Source: Rhizobium phage RHph_I20
DNA length: 24,000 bases
Sequence record: MN988539.1
Strand: one strand, 5' to 3'
Each line of letters starts with the position of its first letter. Positions within the stretch are counted from its first letter, which is position 1. Position numbers and translations under genes: made by a program. Below the pieces are notes generated by a model, which was given only the letters and a program-made list of their open reading frames with translations, was not told where the DNA came from and ran no database searches. This document shows, one piece after another, positions 16,669 through 24,000 of the stretch.

Positions 16669-17016
16669 ATGCCCGGCACATTGCAGTTGGCCCTCGTGCT
16701 TCAAGAGTTCCGTCGTCATTGGCGGAACTTTCCAGTCAACCACATGCTCCTCTTCCTGGAGGTAGCAAGGAACGACTTGGAAGGAAACAATTGGGGCATC
16801 CTTGAGATCGGCGAGCGGCTTGGCCTGAACCAAGCAACCGTCTCGCGCGGCATCGTAGACCTCTCGGCACGCACCATTCCGACAGGCGCGACTGAAGCCA
16901 TTGACCTCGTCACAACCGAAGCTGACGCGGTCGATCATCGCAAGCGTATCCCCGTCCTCACCAAAAAGGGGCGACGGGTTCACGACCACATCAACCGGAT
17001 CATGGAGAATAAGTAG
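16669..17016 (+). CDS. MarR-like winged-helix DNA-binding protein, paralog 2
   Basis: HWRNFPVNHMLLFLEVARNDLEGNNWGILEIGERLGLNQATVSRGIVDLSARTIP...EAIDLVTTEADAVDHRKRIPVLTKKGRRVHD; near-collinear with 13440..13790. ORF extends to 16507 but 16669 has SD ggaaagg. Confidence 0.85.
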   Translation: MPGTLQLALVLQEFRRHWRNFPVNHMLLFLEVARNDLEGNNWGILEIGERLGLNQATVSRGIVDLSARTIPTGATEAIDLVTTEADAVDHRKRIPVLTKKGRRVHDHINRIMENK

Positions 17017-17017
17017 C

Positions 17018-18154
17018 ATGACGATCAGCCCTCGCGGGAGTGCGTTCAAAGTCGACGTTAAGGTCGGCGCGAAGCACAACCCGACCAAGAAGGAAGTGCG
17101 CGTCCGTGTGAGCGCAAAAGACATGTCCACCGCCCGGCGCTTGGAAGCCGAGATCAGGGCGGCGGTGATGAAGCATGGGGTTTGGAACGCTGAGTCTGCG
17201 TCTGCCAGTGCCAAAGCTTCGCGTCCAGGCAAAGCCGCCGGTACGCTCGGCGCCGCGCTCGAAGAAGCTTGGAACTATCCGTCTGGCCGGAACCGCGGCT
17301 GGAAATTCCAGAAGTCCGGCAAGGAGCAGTACAACAAAGCCAAGATGTGCATCGCCGTCCTTGGAAAGGATCGGCACTGCGCCACGGTCACGCCCGACGA
17401 TCTGAACGACCTCGTCAACACGTTCGCCGCCAAGGGCAACAGCAACGAGACGATCACCTTCAAAATCCAAGCCCTCTTCCGGGTCTTGTGGCACGCACAG
17501 CGAAAGGGCTGGATCACGCACCGGCCTCTTTGGGATCGCCCTGCTCCCGGCAATCCGCGCGAGTTCATCTTCAGCCCTGACCTCGAAGCGAAGACCATCG
17601 AATATTTCGGCGACTTCGAGCAGGACCTCATCATGCGCGACCTCTTCATCCTCGGTATCGAGACGGGTCTCCGCATCGGCGAGCTGCTTCTGTCGCGCAA
17701 GCAGGACTGGATACTTGACAACCGGGTCCACCACGTCCGGCCCGAGGTCTCGAAGAACAAGCGAGCGCGCTATGTCACGCTGTCGCAACGGGCCATTGAC
17801 ACCATCCGCCCCTACATCGAGAACAAGCCGGACTCGTGGCAACCCTTCCGCTGGTCGAAAAGCCAGATCGCATACAAGATGCGGAAGGCCCGCAAGTTCT
17901 TCGACATGGAGGAGAACGCCGAGTTCTGCTTCCACGCCACGCGCCACACTCGGGCGACCCGCCTTGCCCGCGCGACCCGCGACCCGTTCGTTGTAATGTC
18001 ACAGCTCGGGCATAGCAGCATCACCATCTCCATGCGCTACATCAAGATGGCTGCGCTGGACTTGGAGGCACTGGCGAATATCGAGACTTCTTCGGCGCCT
18101 TCACTTCCACATCCCAATGTAGCGACTGCTATGCTGTTGGATGCTGTGCCCTGA
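17018..18154 (+). CDS. int: Tyrosine recombinase / phage integrase
   Basis: GIETGLRIGELL (R), FHATRHTRATRLARAT (HxxR), LGHSSITISMRY (catalytic Y). ATG 17018 begins 1 nt after wHTH stop. Confidence 0.93.
   Translation: MTISPRGSAFKVDVKVGAKHNPTKKEVRVRVSAKDMSTARRLEAEIRAAVMKHGVWNAESASASAKASRPGKAAGTLGAALEEAWNYPSGRNRGWKFQKSGKEQYNKAKMCIAVLGKDRHCATVTPDDLNDLVNTFAAKGNSNETITFKIQALFRVLWHAQRKGWITHRPLWDRPAPGNPREFIFSPDLEAKTIEYFGDFEQDLIMRDLFILGIETGLRIGELLLSRKQDWILDNRVHHVRPEVSKNKRARYVTLSQRAIDTIRPYIENKPDSWQPFRWSKSQIAYKMRKARKFFDMEENAEFCFHATRHTRATRLARATRDPFVVMSQLGHSSITISMRYIKMAALDLEALANIETSSAPSLPHPNVATAMLLDAVP
18101..18123 (+). promoter_or_regulatory. Dispersed motif copy within the 3' end of int
   Basis: TCACTTCCACATCCCAATGTAGC. 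Confidence 0.45.
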
Positions 18155-18163
18155 CTTGTGCCC

Positions 18164-18212
18164 TTAGGTATGGGGCAAGGACCTCTCTTGTGTCCTAGTG
18201 CCCCACACCTAA
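18164..18212. promoter_or_regulatory. Long imperfect hairpin after int (terminator or attP candidate)
   Basis: TTAGGTATGGGGCAAGGAC ... GTCCTAGTGCCCCACACCTAA: about 18 paired bases with one mismatch and a 2-nt bulge. Confidence 0.5.
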
Positions 18213-18270
18213 CCACTTGTTAAGGTTCGTTAATTTATTTTCCATGCGGATGGCAAACATCTTCGATTTA

Positions 18271-18293
18271 ACATTCACATTCCGAAGTGAGAA
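18271..18293 (+). promoter_or_regulatory. Dispersed motif copy (upstream of RNAP)
   Basis: ACATTCACATTCCGAAGTGAGAA. Confidence 0.55.
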
Positions 18294-18463
18294 TAACAAC
18301 TAGTTGTTTCCTCTTCCGAATTTCGAATGAGCAACATTGCCATCCGCAACCATGTCCAAAAATCACCGGGGCAGTGCCCCAAGGAGTGACCCAATGGTCT
18401 TCGCCCTCCTCGGAGCCCTGCTTTGGGGCGCCGTCTACTTCCTTACAAACGCAGGAACCAAGA

Positions 18464-21142
18464 ATGAGCAAGCACGAAATCGCCGCCGAGCTTTTCAATA
18501 CGGCAATCGCCAGCGAGGCAGAGGCGGTCATCTCCGGCGTTGAGCTTGACCCGATGCTGCGCGAGCAGATGGACCTTGAAGACGGCATGATCGAGGCGGG
18601 CAAGTCCCGCTACTGGCGGCTGGTTGCCGACGCTGCAAGCAAGCCCGACCGCGGCGCCGATGGTATCCCTGCCCGCACTGCTATCCGCCTCTCCGAAGAC
18701 AAGCTCGCCGCTGCCATCGCAGCATGGACCGCAAGCTTCGTCGGCAAGCGTGGCCGTCAGCCGTCCGGTCTGAAGTCGATCAGCGCCATTGATCCGGAGA
18801 CCTGCGCGTTCATCACCCTCCGCGTGATTTTCAATCACCTCGCATCCTCCGCCTCGGCGCAGCTCCCGAAGCTGGCCACGAAGCTCGGCATTGCGATCAC
18901 CGATGAGGCGACCCTCCGCCAGTTCGAAGAGCGGCACCCGGCCATCGTCCAGGTCATCAACCAGCGCCTTAGCAGCAAGTCGAGGATCCACTATCGCCGC
19001 GTGCTGAAGGCTTCGCTCAACCGTAAGGCTCCCGATATTGTCGAACAGAACCTTCCCGACTCGGACTACCTCACGGTCGGCCTCCCCCTGATCGAGCTTG
19101 TCGAGACGGCAACGGGCCTGATCAAGACGACCCGTAACAAGTCCTCGTCCTCGGTCGAGCTTAGCGCCGAGTGCAAGAAGTTCTTCGAGGACGTGCACGC
19201 CCGCGCTCAATATTTCCAGCCGGTCTATGGCCCGACCATCGTGCCTCCTCGGCCGTGGTGCGGCTTCCGCAACGGCGGCTATCACTACGGCCTCGCCGGG
19301 AAGCTGACATTGATCAAGACCCGCGACAAGGAACACCGCCGGATGCTCGAAGCGGCGCATATGCCGATCGTCTATAACGGCCTCAATGCTCTTCAGAACA
19401 CCGCATGGCGCATCAACGCGGCGGTCCTGGAGATCATGGACTACGCAGCCCGAGTCGACACCGGCATCGGCGGTCTTCCCCAGGTCGGCGATGTGGCGAT
19501 TCCGGCAGTCCCGGCTGACATCCCGCTCAAGAAGGACGATCGGACGCCCGAGCAACAGGAGCGGCTTGACCGCTGGCGCCGGATGGCTGCGGCTGCATAT
19601 AAGGAAAGCGACGAACGCAAGAGCAACCGGCACGCCGTCAGCCAGACCCTCGCCCTCGCGCAGCAGTATGTCGGATACGAGCGTATCTACTTCCCGCACA
19701 CCCTAGATTTTAGGGGTCGCGCGTACCCCGTGACAAGCTATCTCACGCCGCAGGGCACGGACTATCAGAAGGCGCTGATCCACTTCGCCGAAGCCAAGCC
19801 CGTCACCCATGCCAACCGCGGCCTCTGGTGGCTGGCGATCCACGGGGCGAATTGCATGGCGACATGCCCGGTCACTGGCGTCAAGCTGGACAAGTCCGCG
19901 CCTAAGACCCGCGTCGATTGGGTCTATGCGAATGCCGAGAAGCTTTGGGAAGTGGCCCGCGATCCGCTGGCGCACCTGGACTTTTGGGGCAAGGCCGATA
20001 GCCCATGGCAGTTCCTCGCGTTCTGCTTTGAATGGGAGGCCGTGAGCGATGCACTGGCCAAGGGCGAGACGCCTGTCTCCTCCCTACCCGTGGCGCTGGA
20101 CGGCTCTTGCAATGGTCTTCAGCACTTCTCGGCCATGCTTCGCGATGAGATCGGCGGCGCGGCTGTCAACCTCATCCCGCTTCCGGTTCCTGCCGACATC
20201 TATTCGAAGGTGAAGGACAAGCTGATCGAGCGCTTGATCCAACTCGCCGCGATGCCGGACCTGGAGCCGGAGGTCGAGGAGGTAGACGAAGACGAGGAGG
20301 AGGCCGAGGTAATCGACACCGGCGTTGAAGGGATCACCGGAAAGAAGGGCAAGAAGAAGGTCCGCCGGATCAACCCGGTGAAGGTCGCGCGCATGTGGGT
20401 CGAGAGTGGCCAGATCGACCGGACCATGTGCAAGCGGCCGGTCATGACGACCACCTACGGCTCGAAGAAGTTCGGCATCAAGGGGCAAATCCAGGAGGAG
20501 CTGCGCAAGCGCCGCTTCAAGTTCCAAGATGGGCGCGACGGCTTTGCCGAGTGCGGCTTCCTGGCCGGGGAAATTGTCGATTCGATCGGCGGGGTCGTGG
20601 TCAAGGCGCGCGAGGTCATGGACTGGTTGCAGGAAAGCGCAGCCGTCCTCACCCGCCTCGGCGCCGCGGTCACATGGACAGCCCCCTCCGGCTTCATCGT
20701 GCGGCAAGCCTATCCACAGACCGCCATGAAGCGGGTCGATACGTTCTTCCATGGCGCCCGGTTTCAGCCGCAGCTCATCGTGGAACGTGACGGTTCCCTT
20801 GATCGCAATCGCCAAACGAACGGCGTGAGCCCGAACTTCGTGCACTCTATGGACGGGTCGGCCATGATCACTACCGTCTATCGGCTTGCTTCAGACCACG
20901 GTATCGCCTACTTCGCCATGATCCACGACAGCTATGCAACGCACGCTGCCGATACGGAAACCTTGGCGACAGTGCTGCGTGACGTGTTCGTTAGGATGTA
21001 CACCGAGCGCGACCCGTTCGGCGACTATGTCAGTGCGGTCTTCGCAGCAATCGAAGGATCGGACGAGGAACTGAAAGACCCGCCCGCCCGTGGCACGCTA
21101 GACCTGGAGTTGGTAAGGCAGAGCGAGTTTTTCTTTCTCTAG
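18464..21142 (+). CDS. Single-subunit DNA-directed RNA polymerase (T7 gp1-like)
   Basis: YFPHTLDFRGRAYPVTSYLTPQG, LPVALDGSCNGLQHFSAMLRDEIGGAAVNLIP, MCKRPVMTTTYGSKKFGIKGQI, FVHSMDGSAMITTV, FAMIHDSYATHAAD and C-terminal SEFFFL all match the T7 RNAP family. ATG 18464 preferred; ORF extends to 18287. Confidence 0.97.
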   Translation: MSKHEIAAELFNTAIASEAEAVISGVELDPMLREQMDLEDGMIEAGKSRYWRLVADAASKPDRGADGIPARTAIRLSEDKLAAAIAAWTASFVGKRGRQPSGLKSISAIDPETCAFITLRVIFNHLASSASAQLPKLATKLGIAITDEATLRQFEERHPAIVQVINQRLSSKSRIHYRRVLKASLNRKAPDIVEQNLPDSDYLTVGLPLIELVETATGLIKTTRNKSSSSVELSAECKKFFEDVHARAQYFQPVYGPTIVPPRPWCGFRNGGYHYGLAGKLTLIKTRDKEHRRMLEAAHMPIVYNGLNALQNTAWRINAAVLEIMDYAARVDTGIGGLPQVGDVAIPAVPADIPLKKDDRTPEQQERLDRWRRMAAAAYKESDERKSNRHAVSQTLALAQQYVGYERIYFPHTLDFRGRAYPVTSYLTPQGTDYQKALIHFAEAKPVTHANRGLWWLAIHGANCMATCPVTGVKLDKSAPKTRVDWVYANAEKLWEVARDPLAHLDFWGKADSPWQFLAFCFEWEAVSDALAKGETPVSSLPVALDGSCNGLQHFSAMLRDEIGGAAVNLIPLPVPADIYSKVKDKLIERLIQLAAMPDLEPEVEEVDEDEEEAEVIDTGVEGITGKKGKKKVRRINPVKVARMWVESGQIDRTMCKRPVMTTTYGSKKFGIKGQIQEELRKRRFKFQDGRDGFAECGFLAGEIVDSIGGVVVKAREVMDWLQESAAVLTRLGAAVTWTAPSGFIVRQAYPQTAMKRVDTFFHGARFQPQLIVERDGSLDRNRQTNGVSPNFVHSMDGSAMITTVYRLASDHGIAYFAMIHDSYATHAADTETLATVLRDVFVRMYTERDPFGDYVSAVFAAIEGSDEELKDPPARGTLDLELVRQSEFFFL

Positions 21143-21166
21143 TCACTTCCATATTCCGATGTGAAT
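21143..21166 (+). promoter_or_regulatory. Dispersed motif copy (downstream of RNAP)
   Basis: TCACTTCCATATTCCGATGTGAAT. Confidence 0.65.
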
Positions 21167-21184
21167 ATTTACCCCTCGCCTTAG
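21165..21184. repeat. ATTTACCCCTCRCCTTAG repeat copy 2
   Basis: ATATTTACCCCTCGCCTTAG. Confidence 0.8.
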
Positions 21185-21291
21185 CGTTAGGCCCGGCTGA
21201 AAGCTATTCAGCTTTAAAGATCAACTACATGATCATCATAAGCCTAGAGCTATAGCTAAAGGTCCTGCTTCGAGCATCACCTAAGGCGGTC

Positions 21292-21311
21292 TGATTTACC
21301 CCTCGCCTTAG
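21292..21311. repeat. ATTTACCCCTCRCCTTAG repeat copy 3
   Basis: TGATTTACCCCTCGCCTTAG. Confidence 0.8.
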
Positions 21312-21315
21312 GTCT

Positions 21316-21340
21316 TCATTTCAAATTCCGATATGAAAGG
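21316..21340 (+). promoter_or_regulatory. Dispersed motif copy (upstream of 21348 CDS)
   Basis: TCATTTCAAATTCCGATATGAAAGG. Confidence 0.6.
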
Positions 21341-21347
21341 ACATCCC

Positions 21348-21674
21348 ATGAAAGCGTCTATCGACCACGATACGCTCAACAATGCAGCGGCCGATGACGT
21401 GATCCGCGTGGCTCTCACGATCGCCGACACAATCCAGCACTTTGACCAGCACGTCCGCCTCGCTGGCGCAATGCTCTTCCTCCAGACCTGCGCCGAGCTT
21501 ACCGGGACTTCTCCGCAAGACGTGGCCACGGTCGCCGGGAACATCCGGTCTTTCGCCGAGCGCGATCTGCTCGCTCCAGGCCAGCACTACCGCGGTCTCG
21601 TCAACTTCCTTCAGGACGACGTGATGCGATGGCGGGAAGAGATCGCCGAGGAAGAAGGCATCGAACTCGCATGA
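21348..21674 (+). CDS. Hypothetical protein
   Basis: MKASIDHDTLNNAAADDVIRVALTIADTIQHFDQHVRLAGAMLFLQTCAELTG...; SD aaagga; directly after a motif copy. Confidence 0.7.
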   Translation: MKASIDHDTLNNAAADDVIRVALTIADTIQHFDQHVRLAGAMLFLQTCAELTGTSPQDVATVAGNIRSFAERDLLAPGQHYRGLVNFLQDDVMRWREEIAEEEGIELA

Positions 21675-21856
21675 TCAACGACCCCATCCACGGAACAATC
21701 CACATGGAACGCCAGAAGACCAGCAACCCCATGCTCGACGCCCGCAAGGAGGTCGAAGCCCTCGGCTACCTGACCAGCGAGACCGCCGTCCGCGTGCGCC
21801 AACAGGGCATGGACCCGGCCGACCTGGAGCGCCGCCTCCTCGACGGCAACATTTAA
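21671..21856 (+). CDS. Small hypothetical protein
   Basis: In the 21629..21856 frame, likely start MINDPIHGTIHMERQKTSNPMLDARKEVEALGYLTSETAVRVRQQGMDPADLERRLLDGNI, overlapping the previous stop (ATGA). Confidence 0.6.
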   Translation: MINDPIHGTIHMERQKTSNPMLDARKEVEALGYLTSETAVRVRQQGMDPADLERRLLDGNI

Positions 21857-21878
21857 TTCCACATTCCTATATGACAGG
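21854..21878 (+). promoter_or_regulatory. Dispersed motif copy (upstream of ssb-like gene)
   Basis: TAATTCCACATTCCTATATGACAGG. Confidence 0.55.
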
Positions 21879-21890
21879 ATCACCCTGACA

Positions 21891-22574
21891 ATGGCAGAAA
21901 ACAAGAGCAAGTACCCGAAGCACCTCACGCCTCGGGGCATTCTCATTTGGCCCAAGCTCAACGTGCCGGACACCAAGTACAAGGCTGACGGCGAATACAA
22001 GACATCGCTCCGCATCCCGGTCGAAGTCTTCGTCAAGTCCGGCCTCAAGAAGATGCTGGACGAAGCGACCGAACGCGCCCTGGCCGAGGCCAAAGCTGAC
22101 GGCAAGGACCTCTCGCCCGCCGCCAAGGCCAAGGTCAAGGCCAAGGGTCCGAGCTACCCCTACGGCGAAGCCTTCGACAAGGAAGGGAACCATCTCGAAG
22201 ACATGGTCGATCTGAAGTTCGCCATCAAGGCGGACGGCGTCGACCCGAAGACCGGCGAGTCCTATTCGAACAAGCCCAAGCAGTTCGACGCCAAGGGCAA
22301 CCCGATCAACGTCACGCTCAACATCGGCACCGAAGCGAAGATCAGCTTCACGGTCTTCCCGTGGGCCACGGCTGCACTCGGCTACGGCGTTGCGCTGCGG
22401 CCGAAGGCTGTCCAGGTCCTCAAGCTTATCGAGCGCGGCGCGGCCGACGCTTCGGCATACGGCTTCGAGGAAGAAGACGGCTACGCCTATGGCGGCGATG
22501 ACTTCGGCGGTGACGATCACGGCGAAGAGCATGGCCACGGCGCCGACGAATCGGACGAACAGATTCCGTTCTGA
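21891..22574 (+). CDS. Single-stranded DNA-binding protein, gp2.5-like
   Basis: FPWATAALGYGVALRPKAVQVLKLIERG, acidic C-terminal tail (DGYAYGGDDFGGDDHGEE...DESDEQIPF) ending in F; upstream of endonuclease I as in T7. Confidence 0.85.
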   Translation: MAENKSKYPKHLTPRGILIWPKLNVPDTKYKADGEYKTSLRIPVEVFVKSGLKKMLDEATERALAEAKADGKDLSPAAKAKVKAKGPSYPYGEAFDKEGNHLEDMVDLKFAIKADGVDPKTGESYSNKPKQFDAKGNPINVTLNIGTEAKISFTVFPWATAALGYGVALRPKAVQVLKLIERGAADASAYGFEEEDGYAYGGDDFGGDDHGEEHGHGADESDEQIPF

Positions 22575-22576
22575 TC

Positions 22577-23065
22577 ATGGCTGAGTTCCGACCGATCCGC
22601 CCCGATGGGTTTCGGTCTGGCCTTGAAGCAACGACCGCCAGCTTCCTCAATGGGGCTGGCGTGCCGTTCGAATACGAGACACGCAAGGTCTACTACCTCG
22701 TGCCTCGCCGCCGCGCGTCCTACACGCCGGACTTCGTGCTGCCCAACGGGATCATCCTTGAGACCAAGGGCATATTCGACGCTGAAGATCGGCAGAAGCA
22801 TCTGCTCATCAAAGACCAGCACCCCGACCTCGACATTCGCTTCGTATTCTCCCGCTCCGCATCGACCCTGACGAAGGTCATGAAGATCGTGGATGGCCAG
22901 AAGATACGGCGCGAGAACCCCACGACCTACGCCTCATGGTGCCAGACGCACGGCTTCATGTTCGCGGACAAAGTGCCGCCGATCGATTGGCTCACTGCTC
23001 CGCCGAACCCGAAGTCGATTGCTGCGCTGGCGGCTGCGGCGTCCAAGATGGACTTCGACCCGTGA
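22577..23065 (+). CDS. Endonuclease I (Holliday junction resolvase), gp3-like
   Basis: RSGLEATTASFLNGAGVPFEYE...YTPDFVLPNGIILETKGIFDAEDRQKHLLIKDQHPDLDIRFVFSR matches the T7 endonuclease I E..D..ExK active site layout. Confidence 0.93.
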   Translation: MAEFRPIRPDGFRSGLEATTASFLNGAGVPFEYETRKVYYLVPRRRASYTPDFVLPNGIILETKGIFDAEDRQKHLLIKDQHPDLDIRFVFSRSASTLTKVMKIVDGQKIRRENPTTYASWCQTHGFMFADKVPPIDWLTAPPNPKSIAALAAAASKMDFDP

Positions 23066-23607
23066 CCACGAAATTCCCCAAAGGCTATGAATACCTCGGC
23101 GCCGTAGCTGGCCCGAAGCACATGCTTGAAGCCCTGCTTCTCCTCGGCACGGTCGAAGTGCCCGGCTCCAAGAACAGCCCGGTCATCATGACATGGGCCA
23201 CGGAACTCGGTCTTGACCGGGCGTACACCGGCGATGACGTTCCCTGGTGCGGCCTCTTCGCCGCGATCTGCATGAAGCGTGCCGGTCGCCAGCCGGTGAC
23301 AAATCCCCTTTGGGCGCTCAACTGGTCCAAGTTCGGCATCGCCTCGCCGCTCCCGTCCTTCGGCGACATCCTCGTGAAGAAGCGCAAGACGGCAACCGGT
23401 TGGGCCGGGCACGTCACCTTCATCGTGGGCGAAGACGCCACGCACTACCATTGCCTCGGCGGCAACCAGTCGGACGCAGTGTGCATCACGCGCATTGCCA
23501 AGAAGGATGCCTATGCGATCCGCCGCCCGGCCTACGTCAACACCCCCGCTGACGTGAAGATCGTGAAGCTGAAGGCAACCGGCAAGACCGGCGGCTCCGA
23601 AGCTTGA
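23062..23607 (+). CDS. Lysin, TIGR02594/CHAP-NlpC-like
   Basis: GTG start overlapping gp3-like stop (GTGA); DVPWCGLFAAICMKRAG ... GHVTFIVGEDATHYHCLGGNQSDAV. Confidence 0.75.
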   Translation: MTTKFPKGYEYLGAVAGPKHMLEALLLLGTVEVPGSKNSPVIMTWATELGLDRAYTGDDVPWCGLFAAICMKRAGRQPVTNPLWALNWSKFGIASPLPSFGDILVKKRKTATGWAGHVTFIVGEDATHYHCLGGNQSDAVCITRIAKKDAYAIRRPAYVNTPADVKIVKLKATGKTGGSEA

Positions 23608-23672
23608 TCCCCTCGGCCTACATCGCCGCACCCTTCGCCAAGCATTCCCACACTTCAGAAAGGACCTTCCCC

Positions 23673-23852
23673 ATGGAAGCGATCAAGACTGCAATTCTCT
23701 CTCGCCTTCGCCAGCCCTCCACCTACGCCGGTCTCGCCGCGATCGTCGCCGGTCTCGGTATCAGCCACGCCACGGAAATCAGCCAGACGGTTATCGCCGT
23801 TGGCGCCGCCGTCGCTGGCCTCCTGGCGATCTGGCTTCCCGAAGGCAAGTGA
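23673..23852 (+). CDS. Small membrane protein, holin-like
   Basis: MEAIKTAILSRLRQPSTYAGLAAIVAGLGISHATEISQTVIAVGAAVAGLLAIWLPEGK, two hydrophobic segments, directly after lysin, SD aagga. Confidence 0.65.
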   Translation: MEAIKTAILSRLRQPSTYAGLAAIVAGLGISHATEISQTVIAVGAAVAGLLAIWLPEGK

Positions 23853-23855
23853 GCC

Positions 23856-24000
23856 GTGAACACCGTCTATCTCCTCGTGAGCGTGGCGGTCGTCATCTTC
23901 GCCGCTGGCTACCTGGCTATCAGCCGGTTGGTCAGCGCGCGGGAGACCGGCGCCGTGCTGGAGCATAAGGTCAAGGAGACCGAAGCCAATGCGAAGGCAA
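23856..24000 (+). CDS. Start of a small membrane protein (spanin or accessory lysis candidate), runs off the right edge
   Basis: GTG start: VNTVYLLVSVAVVIFAAGYLAISRLVSARETGAVLEHKVKETEANAKA..., one N-terminal TM plus charged helix. Confidence 0.45.
   Translation, partial: MNTVYLLVSVAVVIFAAGYLAISRLVSARETGAVLEHKVKETEANAKA

Noticed and set aside
18443-19699. 418 aa minus-strand ORF opposite the RNA polymerase gene
   Set aside because: Shadow ORF over strongly conserved RNAP coding sequence; no motif or start context supports it.

Overview
This 24 kb window reads as part of a temperate T7-like (Autographivirus-type) podophage or prophage, probably alphaproteobacterial by codon style. All supportable genes are on the + strand. 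Left to right: the 3' end of a gp13-like gene; a gp14-like internal virion protein; a gp15-like 954 aa protein; a gp16-like 1285 aa ejection protein with an N-terminal M15/VanY-type peptidase signature; a small membrane protein; small and large terminase subunits; a mostly non-coding stretch (about 9.8-10.8 kb) that looks like a concatemer/terminal-repeat junction; small early ORFs; a non-coding regulatory/ori-like region (12.7-13.3 kb); a first MarR/wHTH-like regulator; accessory genes, including a secreted Ser-rich protein, a Cys-rich protein and a protein with three internal repeats; a second paralogous wHTH gene abutting a tyrosine integrase; a single-subunit RNA polymerase; an ssDNA-binding-like protein; endonuclease I-like; a TIGR02594-like lysin; a holin-like protein; and the start of another membrane protein. 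The main observations beyond gene content are: (1) a dispersed ~24 bp motif CACTTCCACATTCCGATRTGAAA in intergenic regions, a candidate promoter for the phage RNAP or an operator; (2) two, possibly three, copies of a structured non-coding element directly downstream of that motif, with pairing preserved despite sequence change; (3) two paralogous winged-helix regulators and an integrase as a candidate lysogeny switch; (4) an 18 bp repeat ATTTACCCCTCRCCTTAG and CCTAWAG-like arrays shared by the terminase-distal junction and the RNAP-distal intergenic region; (5) a long hairpin with direct repeats after int, a candidate attP or terminator. No searches or folding programs were run; family calls come from reading motifs.
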